DNA of 62,795 bases, counting the filler. It is 5 parts of 5 records of this genome, joined end to end, with 100 filler letters (N's around TTAATTAATTAA, not from the genome) between each part and the next. Parts side by side here need not be neighbours in the genome. Positions count along the whole stretch, not along the records: positions 9,548 to 31,336 come from SRR20825006_1049; 4 more parts are not named here. The stretch is one strand, 5' to 3'. The position numbers and the translations under genes are program-made. The notes under the pieces were generated by a model that saw only the letters and a program-made list of their open reading frames with translations, was not told where the DNA came from and did not search any database. The first letter of the stretch is position 1. Each line of letters opens with the position of its first letter. Of this stretch, positions 19,765 to 30,218 are shown piece by piece.

Positions 19765-21374
19765 AGGCAGACCGCTTGCGACGCTTTATCGACCTGCATG
19801 CCTGGCTGGGTATGGCCAGTGGTCTGGCCCTGTTTGTGGCGTTTTTTGCCGGCGCCCTCAATGTGTTCCATCACGAATTGCACCACTGGCAGACACCGCA
19901 GGCCACGGAGGCGGCATCGCAAGACGCCATCGATGGGCAGGCGCTTCTGGACCGTGTGACAGACCAATACCCGGATGCGCGTAAGCGCCTTTTTTTCCTG
20001 CCAGAGGAAGACCCTGCGGTAATGTGGTTTCAGTCCAGCGATGCTGGTGCGGGAGAGCGGGGTGCGGGGGAGTGGCTTACAGCCCATGCCACGGATTTCG
20101 ACGAGGCGGGCAAGTATGTCGAAAAGCCTCGTTCAGCGCTGGCGGATTTTATCAATCAGCTGCATTACCAGTTAGCGATCCCCAGTGGCGGCCTGCCCAT
20201 CAACCTTGGCATGACCTTCATGGGGCTGATCTCGATACTGTACGGCGCAGCCCTGTTCACCGGCCTGGTGATTCATTGGCCGAAACTGCGCAAGGAATTC
20301 TTTGCCCTCAAGCATGAGGGCAACATGCGCCGTTACTGGAAGAACATGCACAACCTGATCGGGGTGGTGAGTTTGCCGTTCCATCTGATCATGTCGGTGA
20401 CCGGTGCCGCCATGGGCGCCTTTACCCTGGTGGCTGTGGTGCTGGGTACCCTGGTGTTTGGCCCGCAGCTGCGTGGGGTTATTGAAGAGGAAACGGCGGT
20501 ATGGCCCCCGGTGCAAAGCCAGGGAGAAAACGCTGCCATGGTGCCGATGGCGGATTATCTGTCTGCGGCGGCTGATGCGTTGCCTGAGATGAGCGTGGAT
20601 TGGGTGGAAATTCGCGGTTACGGCGACGCCGCCGGCTGGGTGGATGTGGCCGGTTCCGTGCCGGGGTATGTGGGGCATCATGCGCATGTGGTGCTGGACC
20701 CTGCGATGGGTGTCTTGAACGTGATCGCTCCGGGGCAGCGCAGCCTGAACTTTGATTCGTTCTCGCCGGTGTACTCTCTGCATTTTGGCGATTACGGCGG
20801 GATGCTGGTGAAAGGGTTGTACTTCGCCATGGGCTTGCTGGGGGCGTTGCTGTTCGTGTCCGGTAATGTGCTGTGGTGCGAGCGCCGCAGTGATCGCCAG
20901 GGGCCAAGCCGTGGATCGGCGTTTCTGTTGCGCCTGACCCTCGGGCTTTGTTTCGGTGTCGTGATCGGCGTGGCGTGCAGTTTCCTGGTCAGCAAGGGTC
21001 TGCCTTATACGCCCTGGGCGGCCTGGGTCGCTACCGCGGAGCGGGCAGTGTGTGGTGTGGTGGTCGTGCTGCTGGTGCTGTGGAGTTTGCGTGCCTCGCC
21101 GCTGCGGTTCAGTGGCCTGATGCTGATGGTGGCGCCGTTGTGTTATCTGGCGGTGCCGTTGTTGCAGGTGGTGCTGGAAGGTGGTCACGCTCTTGAGGCC
21201 GATAACCTGTTGATCAACGGTCTGTTGCTGCTGGTGGCGTCATCCCTGTGGGTGGTGCGTCGCCAGTTTCGCAAGCGTGTGCGTCTGGCTGAGCCTCATC
21301 CGCTCTGGGTGGGCAAGGTGACGCAGGGGTATCCCAAGCACCTTACCGAAACGGAACGGGAAGCGGTGAGCTGA
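19761..21374 (+). CDS. PepSY-associated TM helix iron-regulated membrane protein
   Basis: LHAWLG, FFAGAL, LHYQL, HNLIGVVSLPFH, LHFGDYGG; likely start ATG 19761. Confidence 0.88.
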   Translation: MKADRLRRFIDLHAWLGMASGLALFVAFFAGALNVFHHELHHWQTPQATEAASQDAIDGQALLDRVTDQYPDARKRLFFLPEEDPAVMWFQSSDAGAGERGAGEWLTAHATDFDEAGKYVEKPRSALADFINQLHYQLAIPSGGLPINLGMTFMGLISILYGAALFTGLVIHWPKLRKEFFALKHEGNMRRYWKNMHNLIGVVSLPFHLIMSVTGAAMGAFTLVAVVLGTLVFGPQLRGVIEEETAVWPPVQSQGENAAMVPMADYLSAAADALPEMSVDWVEIRGYGDAAGWVDVAGSVPGYVGHHAHVVLDPAMGVLNVIAPGQRSLNFDSFSPVYSLHFGDYGGMLVKGLYFAMGLLGALLFVSGNVLWCERRSDRQGPSRGSAFLLRLTLGLCFGVVIGVACSFLVSKGLPYTPWAAWVATAERAVCGVVVVLLVLWSLRASPLRFSGLMLMVAPLCYLAVPLLQVVLEGGHALEADNLLINGLLLLVASSLWVVRRQFRKRVRLAEPHPLWVGKVTQGYPKHLTETEREAVS

Positions 21375-21428
21375 TTTGGTTGGTGTGCTGCATGGTACGT
21401 GAACCGTATTGCGGCCGCAGAGCGGCAT

Positions 21429-21459
21429 AAAAAACGGCGCCCGAGGGCGCCGTTTTTTT
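21429..21459. terminator. Bidirectional intrinsic terminator
   Basis: AAAAAACGGCGCCCGAGGGCGCCGTTTTTTT between convergent genes. Confidence 0.88.
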
Positions 21460-21480
21460 GTGACGTTACGGTCTCTGAAA

Positions 21481-22767
21481 TCAGAAGCGGTACGTCGCCT
21501 GCAGGGCCAGACCGTGAGCGCTGTTTTCGAAATCGGCGCTGTAGCTATCCTGCGACACGCGGCCTTTCTCTTCATTGATGTAGGCGTAGGCTGCATCAAA
21601 GGTCAGGTCAGCGGTGGGACTCCAGCCGGCGCCCAGAGTGTAGATATCACGATCGCTCACCGGGATGCGCACGGTACGGTCCGCATCGCTGGTGGGAGAC
21701 TTGTCGGTGGCATAGCCGGCGCGAACAACCCACTTCGGGTTCAGTTGGTAGGCGCCGCCAACGGCGAAGGACCAGGTGTCCTCCCAGTTCAGCTCTTCGG
21801 TGATGGTGCCGAATTGAGCCTGCAGAAGAGGGTTTACGCCACTGTTTTCTACTTCAATGCCTTCCAGTCGGCTCCAGCGAGTCCAGGTGGCGCCCATATA
21901 CAGGTCCAGATTGTCTGTAGCCTGGAAGCTGACAGAGGTATCCACGGATTCCGGCATGGTGATGTCCAGCTCGGCATCGTATTCGCCATCCAGCACAGTG
22001 CCTAATGGGGAGCCGCTCACGGTGGTGTCACCCTCCAGGGAGAAGTCCATCTTGGAGTGATAGGTCAGGCCCCAGTCGAGACGGTCGTTGACCGCGATCA
22101 GCGTGCCCAGGTTGAAGCCGTAGGCAATATCGTCCCCTTCAATTTCCACATCGCTGTCTGCTGCGTTAACGAAGGCGGGATTGATCTGTGCAAAGGCAGC
22201 GCCGGGAACCTTGCTGGTCAGTTCGCCGGAGATGTGGTTGATGGTCGGGCCAAAGCCCACAGAGACGCTATCGTTAAAGGCGTAACTGATGGTGGGCTGG
22301 ATGGTGACAACCTGAACCATGCTGGTCACGCCGTGGTAGCGGCCCTGGAAGCTGTCTTCGTAGTCACTCTCTACGCCGAAGGGCGCGTACACGCCAATGC
22401 CGGCATGCAGTTTGTCGCTGATCGGGCTGACGTAGTAGCCGAAAGGAATGGTGGTAAAAGGCACCATGTCGCCATCGTTTGTGCCAGATACGGGGAGGCC
22501 AGGGGCCAGCTGCCCTTCGGCATCGCTAATGTCAGTGCTGGCATCAATAAAGGCCAGACCGCCGCTCACTTCGGCGCGGTCCAGGCGGCTCATGCCGGCA
22601 GGGTTGCCATACAGGGTGCTGGCGTTGGCAGCGGTGGAGGCGCGGCCTGCGTAGGCAGAACCGGCGCTGCTGGCGCTCTGTTCGTTCAGGGCCAGGCCAT
22701 TGGCCATCACCTGGGTAGACGCAGCAGCAATCGCGGCTGCCAGCACGGCTTTGTTTGAATACTTCAT
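21481..22767 (-). CDS. fadL: FadL/OmpP1 outer-membrane long-chain fatty acid/hydrocarbon transporter
   Basis: Signal peptide; GLALNEQSA...AYAG...NPAGM motif; C-terminal YRF. Confidence 0.9.
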   Translation of the reverse strand: MKYSNKAVLAAAIAAASTQVMANGLALNEQSASSAGSAYAGRASTAANASTLYGNPAGMSRLDRAEVSGGLAFIDASTDISDAEGQLAPGLPVSGTNDGDMVPFTTIPFGYYVSPISDKLHAGIGVYAPFGVESDYEDSFQGRYHGVTSMVQVVTIQPTISYAFNDSVSVGFGPTINHISGELTSKVPGAAFAQINPAFVNAADSDVEIEGDDIAYGFNLGTLIAVNDRLDWGLTYHSKMDFSLEGDTTVSGSPLGTVLDGEYDAELDITMPESVDTSVSFQATDNLDLYMGATWTRWSRLEGIEVENSGVNPLLQAQFGTITEELNWEDTWSFAVGGAYQLNPKWVVRAGYATDKSPTSDADRTVRIPVSDRDIYTLGAGWSPTADLTFDAAYAYINEEKGRVSQDSYSADFENSAHGLALQATYRF

Positions 22768-23021
22768 GGTAACTTTCCCGAGTTATGATTTTGCCGGCGC
22801 AAGTTAACATTCAGTCACAAAATATTACAGGTTGTTTATCGTCAAAATTAACGGTAAATCGTGCAAAAAACGACTATTTTCGGGAAACAGGGTGTTTATT
22901 GTTGTGAAGAAGGTTCAAGGATGAGCGGTATGTTTACCCAAATATGCATTTGCATGCTTATGCGGGTGCGGTCTGCTGGGCGCCTCTGGCTGTGATGGCC
23001 AGCAGACCGCTGTCTAGCGGA

Positions 23022-23648
23022 CTATTTCCCTTCGGTGAGGGTGCTGTAGCTGGTGATCAGATTGCGGTAATCCGGGATGTGGTTGGAGAAAAGTGCGCCC
23101 AGCCCGTCGATATCATTGCGCCAGTCGCGGTGTAGCTCGCAGGCTGCGCCAAACCAGGTCAGCAACTGGGCGCCGGCGGCGCTCATGCGGTCCCAGGCGG
23201 CGTCCCGGGTCATGGGGTTAAAGGTCCCGGAGGCATCGGTGATCACGAACACCTCGAAGTCTTCTTCCAGGGCCGAGAGGGCCGGGAACGCCACGCAGAC
23301 TTCGGTGACCACACCGGCGATGATCAGCTGCTTCTTGCCGGTGGCCTTTACCGCGGCGAGGAAGTCTTCGTTATCCCAGGCATTGATCTGTCCGGGGCGG
23401 GCGATATAGGGCGCATCGGGGAACATCTCCTTGAGTTCTGGCACCAGTGGACCGTTGGGGCCGGTTTCAAAGCTGGTGGTGAGGATGGTCGGAAGTTCGA
23501 AGTACTTGGCCATGTCGGCCAGTGCCAGCACGTTGTTCTTGAACTTGTCCGGATCAATGTCGCGCACCAGTGACAGCAGGCCGGCCTGATGGTCCACCAG
23601 CAGTACCGCTGCATTGTCCTTGTCGAGTCGTTTGTATTGCTTACCCAT
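23022..23648 (-). CDS. ycaC: Isochorismatase-family hydrolase YcaC
   Basis: YKRLDKDNAAVLLVDHQAGL, RPGQINAWDN, TEVCVAFP, ELHRDWR. Confidence 0.9.
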   Translation of the reverse strand: MGKQYKRLDKDNAAVLLVDHQAGLLSLVRDIDPDKFKNNVLALADMAKYFELPTILTTSFETGPNGPLVPELKEMFPDAPYIARPGQINAWDNEDFLAAVKATGKKQLIIAGVVTEVCVAFPALSALEEDFEVFVITDASGTFNPMTRDAAWDRMSAAGAQLLTWFGAACELHRDWRNDIDGLGALFSNHIPDYRNLITSYSTLTEGK

Positions 23649-23702
23649 GGTCTTTCTCCTGCGAGTGATGGGTGGCGTTGATCGCCACCCGTTGGTTAAG
23701 GG

Positions 23703-24569
23703 TTAGGCCGGGATCTGGCCAAAATTGCCGCTTTGGAAATCGCGTATCGCCTGCTGAATCTCTTCCCGGGTGTTCATCACGAAAGGACCGTGACCCACCA
23801 CGGGTTCATTCAGTGGTTCACCGGCAATCAGCAGCAGATCGCTGTCCGTCTCGGCGTGCAGCTGTACTTGCGTGCCTTTTGCGTCGAGTACCACCATTTG
23901 TGCCGCAGCCGCCCGGGTATGTTCGTTGACTTCAACATCGCCTTTGCGGGTGATGACCGCGGTGTTCCAGCCTTCGGGCAGGTCCAGCGTCACTGTGGCA
24001 TGCGCCCGCAAGTGGATATCCCATACCTGCATGGGCGAATAGGAGCTGGCCGCCCCTGCGTGCTGCTGGAACTCCCCGGCGATGACGCGCACTTCCCCGG
24101 CGTTATCCGCCAGTGGCACCACCGGGATCGCATCATTGCGGATGCCCTGATAGGACGGGGCGGTCATCTTGTCCGCAGCGGGCAGGTTCACCCACAGCTG
24201 GATCATTTCCAGCTCTCCGCCCTGGTAGGTGAAGGCGGGGGAGTGAAACTCCTCGTGGAGGATGCCGGCACCGGCGGTCATCCACTGCACATCACCCGGT
24301 CCAATCACGCCGCCTTGCCCGGTGGAATCCCGGTGAGCCACCTCGCCCTGGTAGACGATGGTCACTGTTTCAAAGCCCCGATGTGGGTGCTCACCAACAC
24401 CGCGAGGCTTGGTGGCAGGGGGGAAGCGTGCCGGCCCTGCGTAATCCAGTAACAGGAAGGGGCTTAGCTGTTTGCCGTGGTTTTCGTAGGAAAACAGGGA
24501 GCGAACCGGGAAGCCGTTTCCCACCCAGTGCGGGGCGGGTGCGGAATACATACCGAGAATCTTTTTCAT
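23703..24569 (-). CDS. Pirin-family protein
   Basis: PFLLLDY, HPHRGFETVT, DVQWMTAGAGILHEE, GPFVMN. Confidence 0.92.
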   Translation of the reverse strand: MKKILGMYSAPAPHWVGNGFPVRSLFSYENHGKQLSPFLLLDYAGPARFPPATKPRGVGEHPHRGFETVTIVYQGEVAHRDSTGQGGVIGPGDVQWMTAGAGILHEEFHSPAFTYQGGELEMIQLWVNLPAADKMTAPSYQGIRNDAIPVVPLADNAGEVRVIAGEFQQHAGAASSYSPMQVWDIHLRAHATVTLDLPEGWNTAVITRKGDVEVNEHTRAAAAQMVVLDAKGTQVQLHAETDSDLLLIAGEPLNEPVVGHGPFVMNTREEIQQAIRDFQSGNFGQIPA

Positions 24570-24671
24570 GGCGGGTTCCTCCGTTTTGGTCATGGATTCA
24601 TGTTATGGATGGAACGAATGGGCGGGAAGGTGGCAAAATTACAACTCAGCGTTGCAAAAATGGGACGATAG

Positions 24672-25577
24672 ATGGTGGACCTAAATGACTTGTTTTACTT
24701 TGCCAAGGTGGTGGAGTTCGGCGGTTTTGCCCCGGCCAGCCGGGCGATCACGGTGCCCAAGTCAAAATTGAGCCGACGGGTGGCCGGGCTGGAGGAGCGG
24801 CTGGGGGTGCGGCTGATCAATCGCTCAAGCCGACAGTTCTCGGTGACCGAGGTCGGGCAGCAATATTATGAGCACTGCAAGGCCATGCTGGTGGAGGCCG
24901 AGTCGGCCCAGGAAGCCATTGATACCGTGACGGCGGAACCCCGTGGGGTTATTCGTCTGGCTTGCCCGATTACGCTGCTGCATGTGCATATCGGCGCTTT
25001 CTTGGCCGACTTCATGAAACAGTACCCGGAAATCACCGTGCATCTGGAAGCCACCAATCGGCGCGTGGATGTGATCAGCGAAGGAGTGGATGTGGCGATC
25101 CGGGTTCGCCCGCCGGGTCTGGAGGACAGTGATTTGGTGGTGCGGGTGTTGTCTGACCGGCGGCTGGGGCTGGTGGCCAGCCCGGAGCTGGTGGCGCAGT
25201 ATGGCATGCCGAGCCACCCGCAAGAGTTGTCCAGCTGGCCGAGCCTCGGGTTGGGAGCGCCGCGCCCGGATTTTCGCTGGTCTCTGCGCGGCGAGGATGG
25301 GAGTGAGATTCGGGTGTTTCACCAGCCCCGTTATGTGACCACCGATATGATTGCCCTGCGCCGTGCGGCGGTGGCAGGTGTGGGGGTGGTGCAGCTGCCG
25401 GTCCTCACTGTGCAGCACCAGCTGGAGCGTGGTGAGTTGGTGCAGCTACTGCCCCGCTGGGCGTTGGCGAAAGACATTATCCATGCGGTGTTCCCATCAC
25501 GCCGGGGCATGTTGCCGGCGGTGCGTACACTGATTGATCGTCTTGCCGATTATTACGATTCTTTTGAGGAATTGTAA
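24672..25577 (+). CDS. LysR-family regulator divergent from pirin-ycaC
   Basis: DLNDLFYF...KSKLSRRVAGLEERLGVRL HTH; CrgA-like effector domain. Confidence 0.92.
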   Translation: MVDLNDLFYFAKVVEFGGFAPASRAITVPKSKLSRRVAGLEERLGVRLINRSSRQFSVTEVGQQYYEHCKAMLVEAESAQEAIDTVTAEPRGVIRLACPITLLHVHIGAFLADFMKQYPEITVHLEATNRRVDVISEGVDVAIRVRPPGLEDSDLVVRVLSDRRLGLVASPELVAQYGMPSHPQELSSWPSLGLGAPRPDFRWSLRGEDGSEIRVFHQPRYVTTDMIALRRAAVAGVGVVQLPVLTVQHQLERGELVQLLPRWALAKDIIHAVFPSRRGMLPAVRTLIDRLADYYDSFEEL

Positions 25578-25590
25578 GCGCGTCGTCTGT

Positions 25591-26613
25591 CTAGGTTTGG
25601 CTCAATAGCTGGCGGCGATAGGCCCGTGGCGTTGTGCCGAGCCATTGGCGGCAGGCCCGGTTGAAGGCCGATTGCTCGGAGTAGCCGAGCAGCCCGGCGA
25701 TCTGGCTGAGCTTCAGGTTGGGTTCCATCAAATATTCACGCAACAGTTTCAGGCGCACCTCTCCCAGCAATTGTTCATAGCTGACCCCTTCATTAGCCAG
25801 GCGTCGTTGCAGGGTGCGTTTATGCATGGACAGGTGTGAGGCAATGACGGCGCTGGTGCACTGGGCGGTGGGAAGCAGGGTGGTGATCAGGCGGGTGACA
25901 TCTTCGCTGAGCGTGATGGCGTTGGGGGCCTGCTGGGAAGCCAGATAACGCTCCGCCAGTTCCCATGTGTGATGGTCGGCGCTGGATAACGGCATGGCGA
26001 AGGCTGCGACAGGCCAATAGCAGCCACACCAATCCTGCTCGAAATAAGCGTCGCAGCGAAACACGTCATGATACGCATCAAGGTCAGCCTGGCGAGGGTG
26101 CATGAAGTGGACGCTGTAGGGGCGGAATGTCTCTCCGCAGAGCAACTTCATGACCTGCATCGAGTTCGACAAGCTCAACTCATAGGCCTGGGGGCGATAG
26201 CCCCCGGAGCTGTCTTCATCAATAGTGAATTGAAAGCGAATGCAGGATTGGCCCTGGTGTTCGCACACGGTATTGCTGATGCCCAACGCCGGGCTGTGCA
26301 GATGCAGGTAGCGGGCAATGCTGCTGATGGCGTCGCCCACTGTGGCCGCGCTGCGCGCGATCACGCTAATCGGCCCAAGAATATCCATGCCCTGGTACTC
26401 CGCCAGCTTGAGGCCTAGCTGGGGGTAATTTAAGGCTTGGACGGTGTCTTCGAACAGCGCAGCAAGGTTGCGATAAAGCAGGAAAGAGCTGTCATCCCGC
26501 CGTTCCTCCGGAGGAATATGGTAACGCTCCAGCAAGGGCAGAGGATCGCCGCCCAGTTGGCGCACCAGGTCGTCGAACCCCCACAGGTTGGTGGCGCGAA
26601 TCAGATCACTCAT
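25591..26613 (-). CDS. AraC-family regulator (OruR-like)
   Basis: C-terminal MHKRTLQRRL...LGYSEQSAFNRA. Confidence 0.92.
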   Translation of the reverse strand: MSDLIRATNLWGFDDLVRQLGGDPLPLLERYHIPPEERRDDSSFLLYRNLAALFEDTVQALNYPQLGLKLAEYQGMDILGPISVIARSAATVGDAISSIARYLHLHSPALGISNTVCEHQGQSCIRFQFTIDEDSSGGYRPQAYELSLSNSMQVMKLLCGETFRPYSVHFMHPRQADLDAYHDVFRCDAYFEQDWCGCYWPVAAFAMPLSSADHHTWELAERYLASQQAPNAITLSEDVTRLITTLLPTAQCTSAVIASHLSMHKRTLQRRLANEGVSYEQLLGEVRLKLLREYLMEPNLKLSQIAGLLGYSEQSAFNRACRQWLGTTPRAYRRQLLSQT

Positions 26614-26691
26614 GGTGGGGGCCGTTGTTTGGGCGGTTGCCCTTTGATGATGTCACTCGTTGCACATGGCGGGCTCAATAACGGACGACAT

Positions 26692-26728
26692 TGTCGCGTT
26701 ATGTCAAAAACATGTCCACATAGGTCAA
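26692..26728 (+). promoter_or_regulatory. Candidate AraC-type tandem operator
   Basis: TGTC-N7-GTCAA repeated with a 21-bp period (26692, 26713) between the divergent AraC and monooxygenase genes. Confidence 0.5.
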
Positions 26729-26797
26729 TATTGTCAAGGTTGGCTTCTGAAATAGTGGCAGGTAGCGAAATTCAATACTCAGAATAAGGAGGCCGCC

Positions 26798-28300
26798 ATG
26801 AGCGCCAAGCACTACGACATCGTGATAATAGGCGCCGGACTATCCGGTATCGGAACCGCTTGCCATCTCGCTCGCCGGTTTCCCAATAAAAGCATGGCCA
26901 TTATCGAGCGACGGGAAAAAGTGGGCGGCACCTGGGATCTGTTCCGTTATCCCGGTATCCGCTCGGACTCCGACATGGCCAGCTTCGGTTTTGACTTCAA
27001 GCCCTGGTACTCCGAGAAGGTCTTGGCTAAGGGCGGAGATATCCGTGAGTACGTGGCGGAAACGGCCCGGGAGTTCGGCCTTTACGAGAAAGTGCAGTAC
27101 GGCTTGAAACTGGATAATGCAGACTGGTCCAGCAATGAGCAGCAATGGACACTCTATACCCAGCATGAAGCCAGCGGCGAAAGCCGTGAATTCACCTGCG
27201 GGTTCATGGTGAATTGCACTGGGTACTACAACTATGACCATGGTTACCGGCCACACTTCGACGGAGAAGAGAACTTCAAGGGCCAGATTATTCACCCGCA
27301 GCAATGGCCAGAAGAGCTGGATTACAGCGGCAAGAAGGTGGTGGTGATTGGTAGTGGTGCCACGGCGATTACGGTAGTGCCGGCGATGGCGGAAAAAGCG
27401 GCCAAGGTGACCATGCTGCAGCGTTCGCCCAGCTACATTATGGCTATGCCAGACACCGATAAAATAACCATGGCGCTGAACAAGGTACTGCCGAAAAAAT
27501 GGGTGTTCAACATGACCCGTAAGCGAAATATCCTGATTCAGCGCGGTCTGTATCTGGCCTGTCAGCGTTGGCCAGAGCGTGCCCGAAAACTGCTGATCAC
27601 CCACATGCACAAGCAGGCGCCAAACATCGATGTGCGACATTTCAGTCCAACCTATATGCCATGGGATCAGCGCCTGTGTGCTGCGCCGGATGGGGACTTC
27701 TTCACCAGCCTGCGTTCCGGCAAGGCGGATATCGCTACCGATCATATTGAGCGTTTTGATGAAACCGGCATCGTGCTCAAATCCGGGCAGCACCTCGAGG
27801 CGGACATTATTGTTTCTGCCACGGGTCTGGATGTGCAGTTAATGGGTGGTCTGGAATTGAAACTGGATGGCGAGTCGGTCGCACTGCCCAGGAAGATGAC
27901 CTACAAGGGCATCCTGATTCAGGATATTCCCAACTACGGCTGGATCTTCGGTTATACCAATGCGCCCTGGACGCTCAAGAGTGACATCGGCGGGCAATAT
28001 CTGTGTCGCCTGTTAGCCTACATGGAAAAACAGGGCTTCAGCGCGGCCACGCCCGTGGACCACGGCGATAACATCACCGATACCGGTATGCTGGATGGTT
28101 TTGCCCCAGGTTATATCAATCGAGCTAAAGATCGCATGCCCCGCCAGGGTAAAGAGGCGCCCTGGGCGGTGACCATGCACTATGGCAAGGACAAGGACAC
28201 CCTGGTCAATCAGGCCGTGGATGACGGCATTCTGGCTTTTTCCACGCCAGCCAAGGCTGCCCGCCATGACAATGTTCAGCCGATCAAGGCAACGGCATGA
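26798..28300 (+). CDS. almA: Flavin-binding monooxygenase, AlmA/EthA family
   Basis: GAGLSG, GGTWDLFRYPGIRSDSD, FKGQIIHPQQWP fingerprint, GSGATA, GYTNAPWTLK; almA orthology is inferred. Confidence 0.75.
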   Translation: MSAKHYDIVIIGAGLSGIGTACHLARRFPNKSMAIIERREKVGGTWDLFRYPGIRSDSDMASFGFDFKPWYSEKVLAKGGDIREYVAETAREFGLYEKVQYGLKLDNADWSSNEQQWTLYTQHEASGESREFTCGFMVNCTGYYNYDHGYRPHFDGEENFKGQIIHPQQWPEELDYSGKKVVVIGSGATAITVVPAMAEKAAKVTMLQRSPSYIMAMPDTDKITMALNKVLPKKWVFNMTRKRNILIQRGLYLACQRWPERARKLLITHMHKQAPNIDVRHFSPTYMPWDQRLCAAPDGDFFTSLRSGKADIATDHIERFDETGIVLKSGQHLEADIIVSATGLDVQLMGGLELKLDGESVALPRKMTYKGILIQDIPNYGWIFGYTNAPWTLKSDIGGQYLCRLLAYMEKQGFSAATPVDHGDNITDTGMLDGFAPGYINRAKDRMPRQGKEAPWAVTMHYGKDKDTLVNQAVDDGILAFSTPAKAARHDNVQPIKATA

Positions 28301-29154
28301 GCAGGGCGCGTAAAAAGGAGACCATCATGACGAACGGTGATAACAGCAAGGCACCAGTGCTATTGGTGCACGGCATGTGGAGCGATGCGAATACCTTGCA
28401 GGAGCTTCGTGATGCCTTTGACGATGCAGGCTACAACGTGGAGGCGTTAACTCTGCCGTTCCATCGCAGCAAGCAGGAGCACAGCTCATCCAGTCTGGCG
28501 GCATTGGCCAATGCCAGGCTGGAAGATTATGTGGATGCCATCGTTGAGACGATACAGCGCCAGCCCCGCCCGCCTATTCTGGTGGGGCATTCCATGGGGG
28601 CCCTTCTGGCACAGTTGGCGGCAGCCAAGGTGCCTTGTGAGCGGTTGATACTGTTGTCTTCAGCGGCGCCGGCAGGCATCAATGGCCTGGGAATCTCAGT
28701 GATTCGGACTCTGGGGCGCAATATGTTGCGTTTCCCGCTGTGGAAGAAATTTACCGAGATGCGCCTGGCTAATGTGCAATACGGGGTGGCCAATCGTCAG
28801 ACCCCGGAAGTGCAGAAGGAAATTACCGACAGCAGTACCTATGAATCCGGCATGGCGACCTTCCAGATCAGCATGGCGCCATTGCTGGGCCGCCGTTCCG
28901 CGGCCCATGTGGAGGTGAGCCGAATCCAGTGCCCGGTGTTGATTATCGGTGGGACCGAAGACCGCATCACACCGTTGCGGGTGCAGCGTAAAATCGCTCA
29001 ACGGTTTGGTGATCAGGCCAGGCTGGTGGAAATTCAGGGGTGTTGCCATTGGAGTGTCGGTGGCCGCTATTTCCCGCAAATTCGGGCGACCATGCTGGAC
29101 TGGGTGGCCTCATCGGATGCGCCCACGGTAGCCGGTCGCGCCTCTGCAGCCTGA
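28297..29154 (+). CDS. Alpha/beta hydrolase (esterase)
   Basis: LVHGMW, GHSMGA, GGTEDRITP, catalytic His region; translationally coupled to the monooxygenase. Confidence 0.88.
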   Translation: MSRARKKETIMTNGDNSKAPVLLVHGMWSDANTLQELRDAFDDAGYNVEALTLPFHRSKQEHSSSSLAALANARLEDYVDAIVETIQRQPRPPILVGHSMGALLAQLAAAKVPCERLILLSSAAPAGINGLGISVIRTLGRNMLRFPLWKKFTEMRLANVQYGVANRQTPEVQKEITDSSTYESGMATFQISMAPLLGRRSAAHVEVSRIQCPVLIIGGTEDRITPLRVQRKIAQRFGDQARLVEIQGCCHWSVGGRYFPQIRATMLDWVASSDAPTVAGRASAA

Positions 29155-29162
29155 ACCCACAC

Positions 29163-29192
29163 AGCCCACCCTTATGGAGCCCAGGGTGGGCT
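29163..29192. terminator. Hairpin between convergent genes
   Basis: AGCCCACCCT...AGGGTGGGCT. Confidence 0.55.
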
Positions 29193-29200
29193 ATAGCATC

Positions 29201-30088
29201 TCAGGCGGCCTTGTCGGCTACGGGCTTACGGGAAAAAATACCGATAATCGGGGTGCCCTGGGCCTGCAGAATGGGCTCAATATCCCGGTGTAATGCGTGG
29301 TATTTGTAGAACGGCACACGCGGAAACAGGTGATGGATGGAGTGCAGGTTCTGGCCCAGCCAGAACCATTCCAGTGGCTTCATCCAGCGCGGCATGATCA
29401 GGCTATTGGTGTTGCGATAACGCTCATTCACCTTGTAGGGGTGATGGGGGCGATAGGCAAACCAGTAGGCAGTGAACAGCCCGCCGGTGTAATACCCCAG
29501 CAGAAGTACGACCACTGTACCGGGTTGGGTGACCATTATCAGGAAGGCAGCCCGCCAGCCAATCGACACCGCCAGCTCGGTGCAATAAATCAGCTTTTCC
29601 TTGAGCGATGCAGTGGACCAGCTGTGCTGTACGAAGAACGTATTCTGAACCCATTGAAAACGCAGCCCGGCGGCCAGTAATCCCAGTGGCCCTTTTTGCA
29701 TTCCGCTGATAATAAAATCCGGATCCTTGCCTGGCTGGTTGGTATAGCGGTGGTGGGTGAAATGCTCGATGCGGTGCGAGGCATAGGGGATCGCAATAAT
29801 GGGGGCGACCAGGTAACCGCATAAATCGTTGATCCACTTGCGGCGGTCATTCTGCCCGTGAATATTGCCGTGGGCGGCCTCGTGCAGGGGCGTGTAAGAC
29901 ATATACGTTAGTGCAGCGACGAGTAGGTAGGCGCCCCAGGCGGGCAGGGCGCCATTGGCAAACAACGTGAGTGTGGTAACAAAAGCCATCAACACACCCG
30001 CCGTCAGTAAAATTGTCGGCCAGGCGGTTTTCCCCATATAGTGCTTGGCACAGGCAATGGCCTGCTTGTTCAATGCTGCCGCATCCAT
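29201..30088 (-). CDS. Membrane fatty-acid desaturase/hydroxylase superfamily protein
   Basis: His boxes HEAAH, HFTHH, HSIHH; likely start ATG 30088 after AGAGG. Confidence 0.88.
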   Translation of the reverse strand: MDAAALNKQAIACAKHYMGKTAWPTILLTAGVLMAFVTTLTLFANGALPAWGAYLLVAALTYMSYTPLHEAAHGNIHGQNDRRKWINDLCGYLVAPIIAIPYASHRIEHFTHHRYTNQPGKDPDFIISGMQKGPLGLLAAGLRFQWVQNTFFVQHSWSTASLKEKLIYCTELAVSIGWRAAFLIMVTQPGTVVVLLLGYYTGGLFTAYWFAYRPHHPYKVNERYRNTNSLIMPRWMKPLEWFWLGQNLHSIHHLFPRVPFYKYHALHRDIEPILQAQGTPIIGIFSRKPVADKAA

Positions 30089-30218
30089 GATGTTGCCTCT
30101 TGTTGGTATCATCAGGGTAAACACTACGTTGACAGCGAAAAAACCAGAATAGCCACCGTGGCCAATCACCCTGCAGAAGTGGCCAGGGTGTGACAGGGCG
30201 GAACCAGCGGAACGGGCA

